64,000 bases of DNA. It comes from an uncultured Methanosarcinales archaeon (lineage in GTDB: Archaea; Nanobdellota; Nanobdellia; Woesearchaeales; CAYPCY01). Made by a program: the position numbers and the translations under genes. How positions within the stretch are numbered: position 1 is the stretch's first letter; each line of letters begins with the position of its first letter. This document shows, piece by piece, positions 10,117-19,674 of the stretch. The stretch is from NCBI GenBank assembly GCA_964409385.1, contig CAYPCY010000002.1, positions 79,941-143,940 of the forward strand. The letters are read 5' to 3'. The notes under the pieces were generated by a model that had not been told where the DNA came from, did no database searches, and worked only from the letters and a program-made list of their open reading frames with translations.

Positions 10117-11019
10117 ATGAAATTTTTTATTATATTGTTAATATTATTGTTGGTTCCTTTTAGTTTTGCACATGTTGATTATTTTGAATCAACAAATCCT
10201 GGTTTAACAATTGATAATCCTGTATATTTTATTGATACTATTTCTGAAAAATTAATAATTTACTCAACATTTAGTAATTCTAGGAAGGCAATTCAAGAAT
10301 TAAAGTTTGCTTCTGAAAAATTGAGCGAAGCAAAAAAAGTTTCTAATATTGAAAATTTTGAAAAAACAATTAATTTATACACTAAATATATTGAAAGTTC
10401 AAGATCAAGACTTGAAAAGTCTGAAATTAAAACTTTAGATTTTGCTGATTTATTATATGAGTTAACAAATTATGAGTATGAACTTCTCACTTTAAGAGAA
10501 TCCTTAATTTTAGAAAGTAAAATTCCTGCAACAAAAAGGGATGAATACAGAAAAGAATTAGGAAATTCATTCTCTGATTTCACTATCATTTTAGTATCTA
10601 AAACACCTACCATAATTATGATTAATGGTTTAAGTCCTGAAGATACAATAGAATTTAGTCATAGAATGGAAAGTATTCAGGATCGGGAAAAAGCAAGAGC
10701 AGAAATGAAAATTACTAAAACTAAAATGACTATTGATTTAATAAAAGAAAAATTAACTTCTAAAAATTTTTCAGATTTAGAAGCTGATGTAATTGTTGAT
10801 ATTTCTGACAATATTGACTCAGTAAATTTAAATCCTATTCCAGAATTGCCAGTTAGTGCAACAACTTTCGATTTTAACAGTTTTGAAGATTATTTTAAAA
10901 AGGCAGTTTTGGAATTAAGATCTTCTGAAGATTATTTTAATAAGAAAGACTACAAAAGATCTTATTATTCGTCTAGTTTCGCATCAGAACTAATTAATTC
11001 CATAGTAACTTTTATATAG
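10117..11019 (+). CDS. Secreted helical protein (DUF5667-like N-terminus)
   Basis: Signal peptide; NPGLTIDNPVYFID motif. Confidence 0.6.
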   Translation: MKFFIILLILLLVPFSFAHVDYFESTNPGLTIDNPVYFIDTISEKLIIYSTFSNSRKAIQELKFASEKLSEAKKVSNIENFEKTINLYTKYIESSRSRLEKSEIKTLDFADLLYELTNYEYELLTLRESLILESKIPATKRDEYRKELGNSFSDFTIILVSKTPTIIMINGLSPEDTIEFSHRMESIQDREKARAEMKITKTKMTIDLIKEKLTSKNFSDLEADVIVDISDNIDSVNLNPIPELPVSATTFDFNSFEDYFKKAVLELRSSEDYFNKKDYKRSYYSSSFASELINSIVTFI

Positions 11020-11064
11020 TATCTATTGATAATTTATATTAAAAAATCAAGAGGTGTTTTTACA

Positions 11065-11367
11065 ATGGGTAAAAAAAGTTTTATAACAAAAATAATTATT
11101 GGGTTAATAACAGGAGTTTTAGCTTACTTCGGACTTATAGAAGCTAAGAGAAGAGGATATGGTAGAACTGCAAAAAAATCTGTTAAAACAGCTCAAAAAA
11201 GAGCTTGTGTTTTAGAAAGAAAGGCCCAAAGAAAAATGAAAAAAGTTGCAAGAAAAGCAACTAAAAAAGCAGGAAAGGCAGTAAAAAAAGCAGAAAAAAA
11301 ATTAGCTCCTAAAAAAGCCAGGAGAAAACCTGCAAAGAAAAAAACTATTAGAAAAAAGAAGAAATAA
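11065..11367 (+). CDS. Lys/Ala/Arg-rich histone-H1-like protein with an N-terminal hydrophobic helix
   Basis: SD GAGGTG before ATG 11065; IIIGLITGVLAYFGLI followed by KKA-rich tail. Confidence 0.7.
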   Translation: MGKKSFITKIIIGLITGVLAYFGLIEAKRRGYGRTAKKSVKTAQKRACVLERKAQRKMKKVARKATKKAGKAVKKAEKKLAPKKARRKPAKKKTIRKKKK

Positions 11368-12609
11368 ATGCCAAATGCAGGAGACTTTGTTAGAGTTGTA
11401 TTAAAAGATGAAACCTTGGACGGTATTGTAATGCCGTCTGAGGATAATTATTTAGTTCTTAAACTAGCTTCGGGTTATAACATTGGTTTAGAAAATAAAA
11501 AAGTAAAAAAAATAACTGTTTTAAAAAAATCTGTTTCTTCAAGAACAAAAAAAGAAAAACAACCTGTAAAGGCAGATATCACAATATTGCATACTGGTGG
11601 GACTATAGCTTCTAAAATTGATTATTCTACTGGTGCAGTTTCTGCAAAGTTCTCTCCTAGTGAACTTAAAACTTTATTTCCCGAATTAAAAAAGTTTGGA
11701 AAGATAAGGAGTATATTAATAGGTAATTTTCTTAGTGAGAATATTAGGTTTGAACATTATAATAAACTAGTAAAGACTATAAAAAAAGAAATTGATAATA
11801 CTCAAGGTATTATTATAACTCATGGTACTGACACTTTACATTATACTAGTGCCGCACTTAGTTTCATGCTACAAGGTCTTAATAAACCAGTTGTCTTGGT
11901 TGGTGCTCAAAGAAGTTCCGACAGGGGGAGTTCTGACGCTTCATTAAACCTTGTTTCAGCTGCTAAATTCATTAAAGAGAAAATTCCAGGTGTTTTTGTT
12001 TGCATGCACAATTCTGAAAATGATGATTCTGCAATTATTATGAATGGGGCAAATTGTAAAAAGTTACATTCTAGTAGGAGGGATGCTTTCAAACCAATTA
12101 ATATAGAACCGGTAGCTTTAATTTCTGAAAAAATAAAGTGGATTGAAAAGCCTAAAAAAACAGTTGAAAAATTAAAAGTTTATTATTTGAAAAATTTAAA
12201 AATTGGAATTTTAAAGGCACATCCTCAAATGTTTGTTGAGGAAATAAAGACTTTTGAAAACTTTGATGGTTTGATTATTGAAGGAACTGGCCTTGGTCAC
12301 TTACCCGTTGAAAAATTCGATTCTTCAACTTTAGAGAATGAAAGAATATTCAAGGAACTTTCAAGACTAACAAAGAAAATACCTGTATTTATGACTTCCC
12401 AAACTATTAGTGGAAGGGTTAATATGGAAGTTTATTCTCCAGGAAGAAAATTGAAAAAACTTGGAGTTTTAGGAAATTATAGTACTATGACTTCAGAAAC
12501 TGCTTTTGTAAAACTTGCGTGGGCATTAAGTAATTTTAAGAATGTTGAAGAAGTTATGATGACTAATTTTTTCGGAGAGAATTCTGACAGGTTGAAAGAT
12601 GGATTTTAA
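11368..12609 (+). CDS. gatD: Glu-tRNA(Gln) amidotransferase subunit D
   Basis: KLASGYNIG, TGGTIAS, HGTDT, GAQRSSDRGSSD. Confidence 0.96.
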   Translation: MPNAGDFVRVVLKDETLDGIVMPSEDNYLVLKLASGYNIGLENKKVKKITVLKKSVSSRTKKEKQPVKADITILHTGGTIASKIDYSTGAVSAKFSPSELKTLFPELKKFGKIRSILIGNFLSENIRFEHYNKLVKTIKKEIDNTQGIIITHGTDTLHYTSAALSFMLQGLNKPVVLVGAQRSSDRGSSDASLNLVSAAKFIKEKIPGVFVCMHNSENDDSAIIMNGANCKKLHSSRRDAFKPINIEPVALISEKIKWIEKPKKTVEKLKVYYLKNLKIGILKAHPQMFVEEIKTFENFDGLIIEGTGLGHLPVEKFDSSTLENERIFKELSRLTKKIPVFMTSQTISGRVNMEVYSPGRKLKKLGVLGNYSTMTSETAFVKLAWALSNFKNVEEVMMTNFFGENSDRLKDGF

Positions 12610-13996
12610 GAAGATTGGTTTTAAGTCAGGTTTGGAAATTCATCAACAATTGGATAGTTCTAAACTTTTTTGTTCTTGTCCTAGTTTGTTAAGGTATGAT
12701 AAGCCTGATTTTGTCATTAAAAGAAATTTAAGAGCGGTTGCTGGAGAGAAGGGCGAGATTGATGTTGCTGCTTTTTATGAACAATTGAAAGGGAAGTATT
12801 TTTTTTATGAGGGTTATGATGATACTACTTGCTTGGTTGAATTGGATGAGGAACCACCTCATAAAATAAATAAGGATGCTTTGAAGATTGCATTTTTAGT
12901 GTCTAAAATGATGCATTGTGATATTCCTAAACAAGTTCAGGTTATGAGAAAGACTGTTGTTGACGGGAGTAATACTTCTGCATTTCAAAGGACTGTATTG
13001 ATTGGTAGGAATGGTTGGATTAAAGTTGGTAGTAAGAAGGTTGGTATTAATTATTTAATTCTTGAAGAGGATGCTGCTAGAAGAGTTGCTGAAACTAAAA
13101 ATTCAGTAACTTATCGATTGGATAGGTTGGGGATTCCATTATTAGAAATTGTTACCGCTCCAGATTTAAAAACGCCTGAAGAAGTTAAAAAAGCAGCAGA
13201 GACTATTGGAATGATATTAAGATCCACAGGAAAGGTTAGGAGGGGTATTGGAACTGTCAGACAAGATATTAACATTTCTATAAGGGGACATTCAAGGGTT
13301 GAAATGAAAGGTGTTCAGGATTTAAAATTCATGATTAAGTATATTGAGGAGGAAGTTAAAAGACAGAAGAAAACAAAGGGAAAAGAAAAAGCTCATGTTA
13401 GGAATGTAAAATCAGATTTCACTTCCAAATTTTTAAGGCCTCTTCCAGGTGCTGCTAGGATGTATCCTGAAACTGATATTCCTTTGGTAAATCCTCAGCT
13501 TAAGAAGATTAAACTTCCTGAATTAATTAATGATAGAAAAAAAAGATTTGAAAAACTTGGTTTGTCTTCACAACTTGCAGAGCAGCTTTCTAAGTCTAAT
13601 AGAAGTTCTTTATTTGAAAAATTAGTAAAATTCGCTCCGGCAAGATTTGTTGCTGACTTGCTCATTAATGGTTTGAAGGATATGAAAACAAGACTTAATG
13701 CAAATACTTCTAAACTTTCAGATTCTGATTTTGTTAAGGTTTTTGAAGAATTTTCTAAAAAGAAAATTCCTAAAGATGCTGTTTATGAGATTCTTTCAAA
13801 AAAGGCACTTGGTAAAAAATTAGTGATTAAAAGTTTTAAGACTGATTCTTCTAAAGTGGAAAAAGATATTAAAACAATTGTTAAGAAATTTCCTGGTCTT
13901 TCTGAAAAGGCTTTAATGGGAGAAGTAATGAAGAAGTTCCGTGGTAAGATTGATGGAAAACTAGCTATGCAATTAATTCTTAAGTTTAAGAAGTGA
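12599..13996 (+). CDS. gatE: Glu-tRNA(Gln) amidotransferase subunit E (short form)
   Basis: GLEIHQQL, DGSNTSAFQRT, LEEDA, RPLPGAARMYPETD. Confidence 0.96.
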   Translation: MDFKKIGFKSGLEIHQQLDSSKLFCSCPSLLRYDKPDFVIKRNLRAVAGEKGEIDVAAFYEQLKGKYFFYEGYDDTTCLVELDEEPPHKINKDALKIAFLVSKMMHCDIPKQVQVMRKTVVDGSNTSAFQRTVLIGRNGWIKVGSKKVGINYLILEEDAARRVAETKNSVTYRLDRLGIPLLEIVTAPDLKTPEEVKKAAETIGMILRSTGKVRRGIGTVRQDINISIRGHSRVEMKGVQDLKFMIKYIEEEVKRQKKTKGKEKAHVRNVKSDFTSKFLRPLPGAARMYPETDIPLVNPQLKKIKLPELINDRKKRFEKLGLSSQLAEQLSKSNRSSLFEKLVKFAPARFVADLLINGLKDMKTRLNANTSKLSDSDFVKVFEEFSKKKIPKDAVYEILSKKALGKKLVIKSFKTDSSKVEKDIKTIVKKFPGLSEKALMGEVMKKFRGKIDGKLAMQLILKFKK

Positions 13997-14959
13997 TTTT
14001 TTATTAATATGGAATGTTCCGAAGTATGCTGTTATTATTATTCCTATTATTACCCATAGTAAATCTTTAGCTCTTACTACTAGACTAACTGCAAGTCCTA
14101 TTGCAGAGCTTAATCCTGTTATTGCTGCAGCACCTACTTGTCCTGCTTCTAATGTTCCTATTGCGAAGGGCATAGGTAGTGTGTAGGCTATTCCAATAAA
14201 TATTATGAACATGAATACTTGGGCTAAGTTAGCATTAGTTCCTAACATTAGCAATAATGACTTATATTCTATGAACATGATAATCCATGCTAGTAATGAA
14301 ATAAATATTGTTTTTACAAAGATTTTCTTGTTTTCCTTGTGAAATTTCACTAGTTCAAATTCAAATTCTTCAATTTTTTTATAGAATTTTTTATGTGATA
14401 ATTTTTTGAAGATTCGTTTCAGGACTCCTTTTTCATTAATTATTCCTTCATAAATCCAAATAATTAATGCAAAAAATAATAATGCTGAAGTTACTAGTGT
14501 ATAATTCCAGGTTGTTGATAATTCTTCAGAACTTACTAAGAAAAATACTCCTACTATGAAGAAGAATGCTGATGTTGTAAGGTCTAATATTGTATCTATC
14601 ATTACACTGGATGCTGCGTGTTTCATTGGAATCTTATCTTTTGTTAACATTACTACTCTTAATCCTTCACCTCCAACTCTTGGGATTGGTGTTACATAAC
14701 TTGCCATGAACCCTGCAATTCTGTAACTGAATAGTTTTAGAAAACCAATTTCTACTTTTTGACCTTTTAGTATGGTATGCCATCTCCATGTTAATACAAG
14801 CATTATTCCAATGATTGCTGCTAAATAAGTTAAGAATGTTGGAATTGTTATATTATTTAGTGTTTGGAATGCTTCTCTAATTCCGAACTTTTGAAAAATA
14901 TACTTTGCTGCTATTACTCCAATTATAAAAGATATTATTATTGAAAGTAGTTTCTTCAT
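13973..14959 (-). CDS. Flippase-like / lysylphosphatidylglycerol synthase TM domain protein (AglD2-like)
   Basis: Multi-TM; RW, YVTP..GGEGLR and GTLEAG motifs; true start taken at MKKLL (14959) behind a TATA box. Confidence 0.82.
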   Translation of the reverse strand: MKKLLSIIISFIIGVIAAKYIFQKFGIREAFQTLNNITIPTFLTYLAAIIGIMLVLTWRWHTILKGQKVEIGFLKLFSYRIAGFMASYVTPIPRVGGEGLRVVMLTKDKIPMKHAASSVMIDTILDLTTSAFFFIVGVFFLVSSEELSTTWNYTLVTSALLFFALIIWIYEGIINEKGVLKRIFKKLSHKKFYKKIEEFEFELVKFHKENKKIFVKTIFISLLAWIIMFIEYKSLLLMLGTNANLAQVFMFIIFIGIAYTLPMPFAIGTLEAGQVGAAAITGLSSAIGLAVSLVVRAKDLLWVIIGIIITAYFGTFHINKKSLLKLKN

Positions 14960-15011
14960 TTCCTTCTTGAGATGGCTTGTTTGTTTTAAATATTTTTCTT
15001 TAGAAAGAAGG

Positions 15012-15188
15012 CGAGCACGGGAGGATTTATAACGCAACCTTATCAGGTTGCATCGGGATATGAGGGTATAAGCTCTGCTTAACCCAACTAGAAACAAAAT
15101 AGTATTCTTGAGCGTGAGCGAAAAATACTTCGGTAAAAGGTAGACGAAAATACCTTGCAGAAAATGTATAACGAGCACGGGAGGATTT
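15012..15188. repeat. 17-bp direct repeat of the tRNA-Arg 3' end flanking a 143-bp multi-hairpin insert
   Basis: CGAGCACGGGAGGATTT at 15012-15028 and 15172-15188. Confidence 0.9.
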
Positions 15189-15379
15189 GAACCCCCGACC
15201 TACAGCTCACTCCAAACCTGATAAGTTACAGAACTAAGATTCTGAACTTCAAAATGGTCAAACATTTTGTAAGGCTTGTAGGAGGCTGTCGTTCTATTTA
15301 CCTAACCATTATGCAGCTTTATGTTGTATGCTTTTGATCAAGCTTTTCGCAAAAGGTTGCCAGGCTAAACTACGTGCTC
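15172..15379 (-). tRNA. tRNA-Arg(CCT) with two BHB introns (19/20: 15298-15359; 37/38: 15208-15278)
   Basis: Spliced GAGCACGTAGTTTAGCCTGG|ATAGAACGACAGCCTCCTA|AGCTGTAGGTCGGGGGTTCAAATCCTCCCGTGCTCG is a 75-nt cloverleaf; both junctions form 3-4-3 bulge-helix-bulge motifs. Confidence 0.92.
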
Positions 15380-15436
15380 GTGGGATTGAGAAGTTTTAAA
15401 TGCTTTAAATTATTTACTTTTAGTGGTTTAATTAAG

Positions 15437-16333
15437 ATGATTAAGGAAAAACCTGAGGATTTTGTTGTTGAGGAGGTTCCTTTAGAGTTTTCAAAGGAGG
15501 GAAATTATTTAATTTACAAACTTGTTAAGAATAATTTGTCTTTGCATAATTGTTTGGATATTATTACTAAACTAACTAGGATTTCTTCGAAGAATATCGG
15601 TTATGCGGGTATTAAGGATAAGAAGGCAGTCACTACTCAATACTTGAGTTTTCCTAAGAAAATAAGAGATTTAAAAGAAAGAAATTTCTCTTTAACTTTC
15701 ACAACTAGAAATGAGGATAGGCTTAATCTTGGTTGTTTGAAAGGTAATAAATTTAAAATTTTATTAAGAAATTATTTCGGTAAAATTAACAAGCAATCTT
15801 TAATTCCTAATTATTTTGATGAGCAGAGGTTTTCAGAACATAATTATGAGGTGGGTTTGGCAATATTAAGGAGGGATTTCAAAAAAGCATGTTCTTTAAT
15901 TGGTTTAAAACCTGAAAATAATAATTTTATTGGAGAGTTAAGAACCTTGCCTGATAGGATTTTAAGATTGTATATTCATTCTGTTCAATCTAAGATTTTT
16001 AATGATTTGTTGGCTGATAGTTTAAAATCTTCAAAGCATAAGCTTGTTAAGTATTCTCTTGGAGAGTTTGTATTTCCATATAATTTAAAGATGGAGAATT
16101 TTCAGATTCCTCTTCCTGGTTTTGATTATGATGGAGAACTACCTGAAAAACTTAAACCTAGAGATTTTATTATTAGGGAGATTCCTAGACTTTCTAGTGA
16201 GGGTGCTTCAAGAAATGCATTTTTACAAATTAAGAATTTCAAAACTTCTAAAAGAAAGGAGGGAACTTTGGTTTCTTTTGAATTGGGGAAGGGTAGTTAT
16301 GCTACTATTGTGTTAAAATCTTGTATAGAGTAA
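15437..16333 (+). CDS. truD: tRNA pseudouridine(13) synthase TruD
   Basis: IKEKPEDFVVEE, GYAGIKDKKAVTTQ, GNKFKI, PNYFDEQRF, GSYAT. Confidence 0.93.
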   Translation: MIKEKPEDFVVEEVPLEFSKEGNYLIYKLVKNNLSLHNCLDIITKLTRISSKNIGYAGIKDKKAVTTQYLSFPKKIRDLKERNFSLTFTTRNEDRLNLGCLKGNKFKILLRNYFGKINKQSLIPNYFDEQRFSEHNYEVGLAILRRDFKKACSLIGLKPENNNFIGELRTLPDRILRLYIHSVQSKIFNDLLADSLKSSKHKLVKYSLGEFVFPYNLKMENFQIPLPGFDYDGELPEKLKPRDFIIREIPRLSSEGASRNAFLQIKNFKTSKRKEGTLVSFELGKGSYATIVLKSCIE

Positions 16334-17248
16334 TACTAAAAATAATGTATATACTGCTAAGTACATGTATCCTTCATTTCTTGTCATTATTTTGTCTTTG
16401 AATGTTTGGTAAAATATTAATGTGGATATTATGAAGAATGGTATTCCTAAGAATATTATGTTGTCTGGTATTACTAACGTGGTTATTAGTGCGGGTAGAC
16501 TCATTATTAGTAATGAGTTAAAAATATTGCTTCCAACTACATTTCCTAGGGCTAGACTTAGTTTGTTTTTCTTTGCTGCTGCTACTGATACCATTACTTC
16601 TGGTAGGCTAGTGCCTAATGCTATTGCTGATGCGGCTAATACTTCTGTTCCTATGTTTAATAGTTTTGATAATTCTATTACTGAGGTTATTGTATATTCT
16701 GCTGAGAAGTATATTGCTATTATACTAGCAGTAAACATTGGAAGTGTTTTTTTCTCTAGTTTTTTATGGTGATTTGTTAAATCTACCGTTTCTAGATTTC
16801 TATCGTGACTTCTTTTTACTCTTATTACGTATATTATGAATAGGATAATTCCTGTAATTCCATCCGTTAGTGTGAATTGTCCGTCTATTGTGGTTATTAT
16901 TAGGAAGAGACTTGCTATTATTAGCATGGTAGTATCTCCTACTGATCCTTTTATTCTGAATCTTTTGGTTAGGAATACTGCGATGCCCATTACAAAGAGT
17001 ATGTTTGCTATATTGCTTCCTATTACGTTGCCGATTATTATTTCAGTGCTGTTTTTGAAGACTGCGAATAATGATGTTATTAGTTCGGGTAGGCTTGTTC
17101 CAAATGCTAGGATTGTTGTTCCTATTATTATTGGGCTTAGTCTAAAATAATATCCTATTTTTTCAGCGCTTATTACTAGATAGTCTGAACTTTTTACTAG
17201 GAAGTAGAGGCTTGTTATTAAGATTAAGAGCCAGAATAATAGTTCCAT
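16313..17248 (-). CDS. Ca2+/Na+ antiporter (CaCA, YrbG-like)
   Basis: Two GTSLPE repeats and two GSNI motifs. Confidence 0.93.
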   Translation of the reverse strand: MELLFWLLILITSLYFLVKSSDYLVISAEKIGYYFRLSPIIIGTTILAFGTSLPELITSLFAVFKNSTEIIIGNVIGSNIANILFVMGIAVFLTKRFRIKGSVGDTTMLIIASLFLIITTIDGQFTLTDGITGIILFIIYVIRVKRSHDRNLETVDLTNHHKKLEKKTLPMFTASIIAIYFSAEYTITSVIELSKLLNIGTEVLAASAIALGTSLPEVMVSVAAAKKNKLSLALGNVVGSNIFNSLLIMSLPALITTLVIPDNIIFLGIPFFIISTLIFYQTFKDKIMTRNEGYMYLAVYTLFLVLLYTRF

Positions 17249-17271
17249 GCACTAGTTTTATTAGAATTTGT

Positions 17272-17862
17272 TTAAATATTTTCTTTTTTCTTGCTCATAT
17301 GTATTACTAGTCCGTTATTTTTTGATTTGAAGTATTTTACTTTGTCGAAGTATGTGTGGATCATGAAGGTTCCTGCTCCTAGGTTTGGTTCTTTTTTTTC
17401 TTTTCCTGACCAGTTGTAGTAGTTTATGAATCCGTTTTTTACATGGTCTCCTTGGTGGTGTCTCATTAGGAAGGTGTAGAATTCTGGTTCTAGTATTCCT
17501 CCTTCGTCGATTACTGCAAATCTTGCTTTTTCATCGTCTATTTTGTAGGATAGTTTTATTTTTTTTTCTAGGTTGAATTTGTTTCCGTGTTGGTGGGCAT
17601 TTAGTATTGCGTCTAATAATCCTGATTCTACTTTTCCGAATCCTTTTATTGCTGAGAGTCTATTGTATTGTTGTGATATTTCTACTGCTTTTTTTTGATA
17701 GTTTCCTGTTAGGTCTAGACTGTCTGTTTTGAATCCTTTTCTTGATTTGTATGTTTCTATGTTTAGGTCTTTTAGGTGTATTGGTCCTCCTTGTTCTATT
17801 CTTGTTCTAAGAAATGAATTTTTATCATCTTCTAGTTTTACTTTTAGAATGTTTCTTGCCAT
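17272..17862 (-). CDS. GHKL/HATPase_c domain protein (RsbW-like)
   Basis: N box NAHQHGN, G1 box DEGG, G2 box GAG. Confidence 0.65.
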   Translation of the reverse strand: MARNILKVKLEDDKNSFLRTRIEQGGPIHLKDLNIETYKSRKGFKTDSLDLTGNYQKKAVEISQQYNRLSAIKGFGKVESGLLDAILNAHQHGNKFNLEKKIKLSYKIDDEKARFAVIDEGGILEPEFYTFLMRHHQGDHVKNGFINYYNWSGKEKKEPNLGAGTFMIHTYFDKVKYFKSKNNGLVIHMSKKKENI

Positions 17863-17924
17863 TTTCTTTTTAATTCAATTTGAATTTATAAATCTTTCTA
17901 TTTTCACTACTTGTAAGTCATAAC

Positions 17925-18995
17925 TTATTTCATATGTAGTTCTAAAACATCCTCATCCTTCAAAATATGCATTAAACCAAGCTTTTGATTAGCAAATTTA
18001 GAACTAGGACCAGAAACCTTACAAAACTTAAAATTCTTAACAAAATCCTTATGTAACTTTTCACAAACACGCTTAACACTATCTCCTTCTATCATAATAA
18101 GAGGCTCTTCCAAATCAGCATCCTTACCAGGCTCTTTCATATAAACCCTAATAAAACTTAAAGATTTGAATATTAACTCTTTCAACTCTTCAATATTCTT
18201 CTTCTTTAACGCTGAAGTTTTAAGATCGGGTTTTATCTTATTAAGTTTCTCCAAGTTTTTACAAGTATCAATCTTATTAGCCACTATAATCCCAGGCAAA
18301 TACTTCTTATTAGCCTCAATACAATCAATAAACTGATCAATACCTATTTTACTCCTAATAAGAACATCACCATTATTAATTTTGAAAGTCTTCAAAACAT
18401 CCTTAACAGTCTCCTCAGTAAGTTCCAACTTTACAGTTGTAGAAATTCTAATACCATTCTTTGAAGTTTTTACAATCTTAACATCAGGCTTTTTCTCATT
18501 AGGCCTCAACCCCGCCTTCCTAACCTCACGAAGAATTAATTCATACTGTTCAGGCTTATTACAATCAATCAAAAACAATAACAAGTCAGCATTTCTCATA
18601 ACAGAAAGAATTTCCTTACCCTTACCCTTACCAGAAGCAGCCCCTTCAATAATTCCAGGAACATCCAAAACCTGAATTTTAGCATGCTTATAATTTAACA
18701 AGCCAGGAATAACAGTCAAAGTAGTAAATTCATACTGTCCAATTTCAGAATCAGCATTAGTTAACAAATTAAGCAAACTACTCTTACCAACAGAAGGAAA
18801 ACCGACCATAACAACAGTCGCATCACCAGTTCTCCTAACAGAATAACCCTCACCCTTACCACCAGAACTAGAACTTACTTTTTCATTAAGAACAGCAAGC
18901 TTAGCCTTTATTAATCCAATATGATGCTGAGTCTTCTTATTATACTTAGTTTTAGAAAGTTCCTTCTGTAATTCCTCAATCTTTTCCAAAGACAT
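17925..18995 (-). CDS. DRG/RBG family OBG GTPase with TGS domain
   Basis: GFPSVGKS, YEFTTL, DVPG, NKID, LHKDF. Confidence 0.95.
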   Translation of the reverse strand: MSLEKIEELQKELSKTKYNKKTQHHIGLIKAKLAVLNEKVSSSSGGKGEGYSVRRTGDATVVMVGFPSVGKSSLLNLLTNADSEIGQYEFTTLTVIPGLLNYKHAKIQVLDVPGIIEGAASGKGKGKEILSVMRNADLLLFLIDCNKPEQYELILREVRKAGLRPNEKKPDVKIVKTSKNGIRISTTVKLELTEETVKDVLKTFKINNGDVLIRSKIGIDQFIDCIEANKKYLPGIIVANKIDTCKNLEKLNKIKPDLKTSALKKKNIEELKELIFKSLSFIRVYMKEPGKDADLEEPLIMIEGDSVKRVCEKLHKDFVKNFKFCKVSGPSSKFANQKLGLMHILKDEDVLELHMK

Positions 18996-19074
18996 ACCTA
19001 AGAATTAAACTAAATTGTTTAAATAATTATCTCAAAACAAAACATATTTAACAAAAGAAAATTTAATATAAAAT

Positions 19075-19638
19075 ATGAATCACTTAAACATTGAAATAAA
19101 AGCAAAATGCAATAACAAAAACAAAATTAGAGAAATACTAAATTCTAAAAATGCTGTTTTCAAAGGAACAGATCATCAAATAGATACTTACTTCAAAATA
19201 AACAATGGAAGAATGAAATTAAGAGAAGGAAACATAGAGAATTACTTAATACATTACGAAAGAGAAAACAAGAAAGGACCTAAACAATCAAAGGTAATAT
19301 TATACAAGTCAAATCCAAATTCTTCATTGAAAAAACTCTTAAAAAAAGCATTAGGAATATTAATCATAATAGATAAAGAAAGAGAAATATACTTCATAGA
19401 CAATGTAAAATTTCATATAGACACGGTAAAAGAATTAGGAGATTTTGTCGAGATTGAAGCCATTGATGAAGAAGGAAACATAACCAAAGAAGAATTATTA
19501 AAACAAAAGAATACGAATTATTCTGAGATTCAAAATCAAAGACTTTTGAAACAATGCAATCAATACTTAGAATTATTTAATATTAAAGAAGAAGATTTAA
19601 TCCCAATATCCTATAGTGATTTATTATTAAAAAAATAA
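19075..19638 (+). CDS. CYTH-domain (class IV adenylate cyclase / triphosphate tunnel) protein with an apparent 16-aa insertion
   Basis: EIKA, QIDTYF, KLR, KEREIY, FVEIEA, SYSDLL. Confidence 0.9.
   Translation: MNHLNIEIKAKCNNKNKIREILNSKNAVFKGTDHQIDTYFKINNGRMKLREGNIENYLIHYERENKKGPKQSKVILYKSNPNSSLKKLLKKALGILIIIDKEREIYFIDNVKFHIDTVKELGDFVEIEAIDEEGNITKEELLKQKNTNYSEIQNQRLLKQCNQYLELFNIKEEDLIPISYSDLLLKK
19507..19554. repeat. 48-bp in-frame double-hairpin insert in the CYTH gene
   Basis: AGAATA/TATTCT and TTCAAAA/TTTTGAA stems; AAACAA repeated at 19501-19506 and 19549-19554. Confidence 0.65.
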
Positions 19639-19674
19639 TAAAATATTTATATTTAAGAAAAGAAAATAATTATA

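Noticed and set aside
14960..15178. 73-aa N-terminal extension of the flippase-like ORF
   Set aside because: Runs through the tRNA-end duplication and hairpin insert; a TATA box sits about 30 nt before ATG 14959
15012..15188. Repeat-spacer-repeat as a mini-CRISPR array (also 63053-63142)
   Set aside because: Only two 17-bp copies, identical to tRNA ends, with spacers of 143 and 56 bp and no cas genes in the window
19507..19554. CYTH insert as a BHB mRNA intron
   Set aside because: No 3-4-3 bulge-helix-bulge found at the junctions; the insert is 3n with no stop codon
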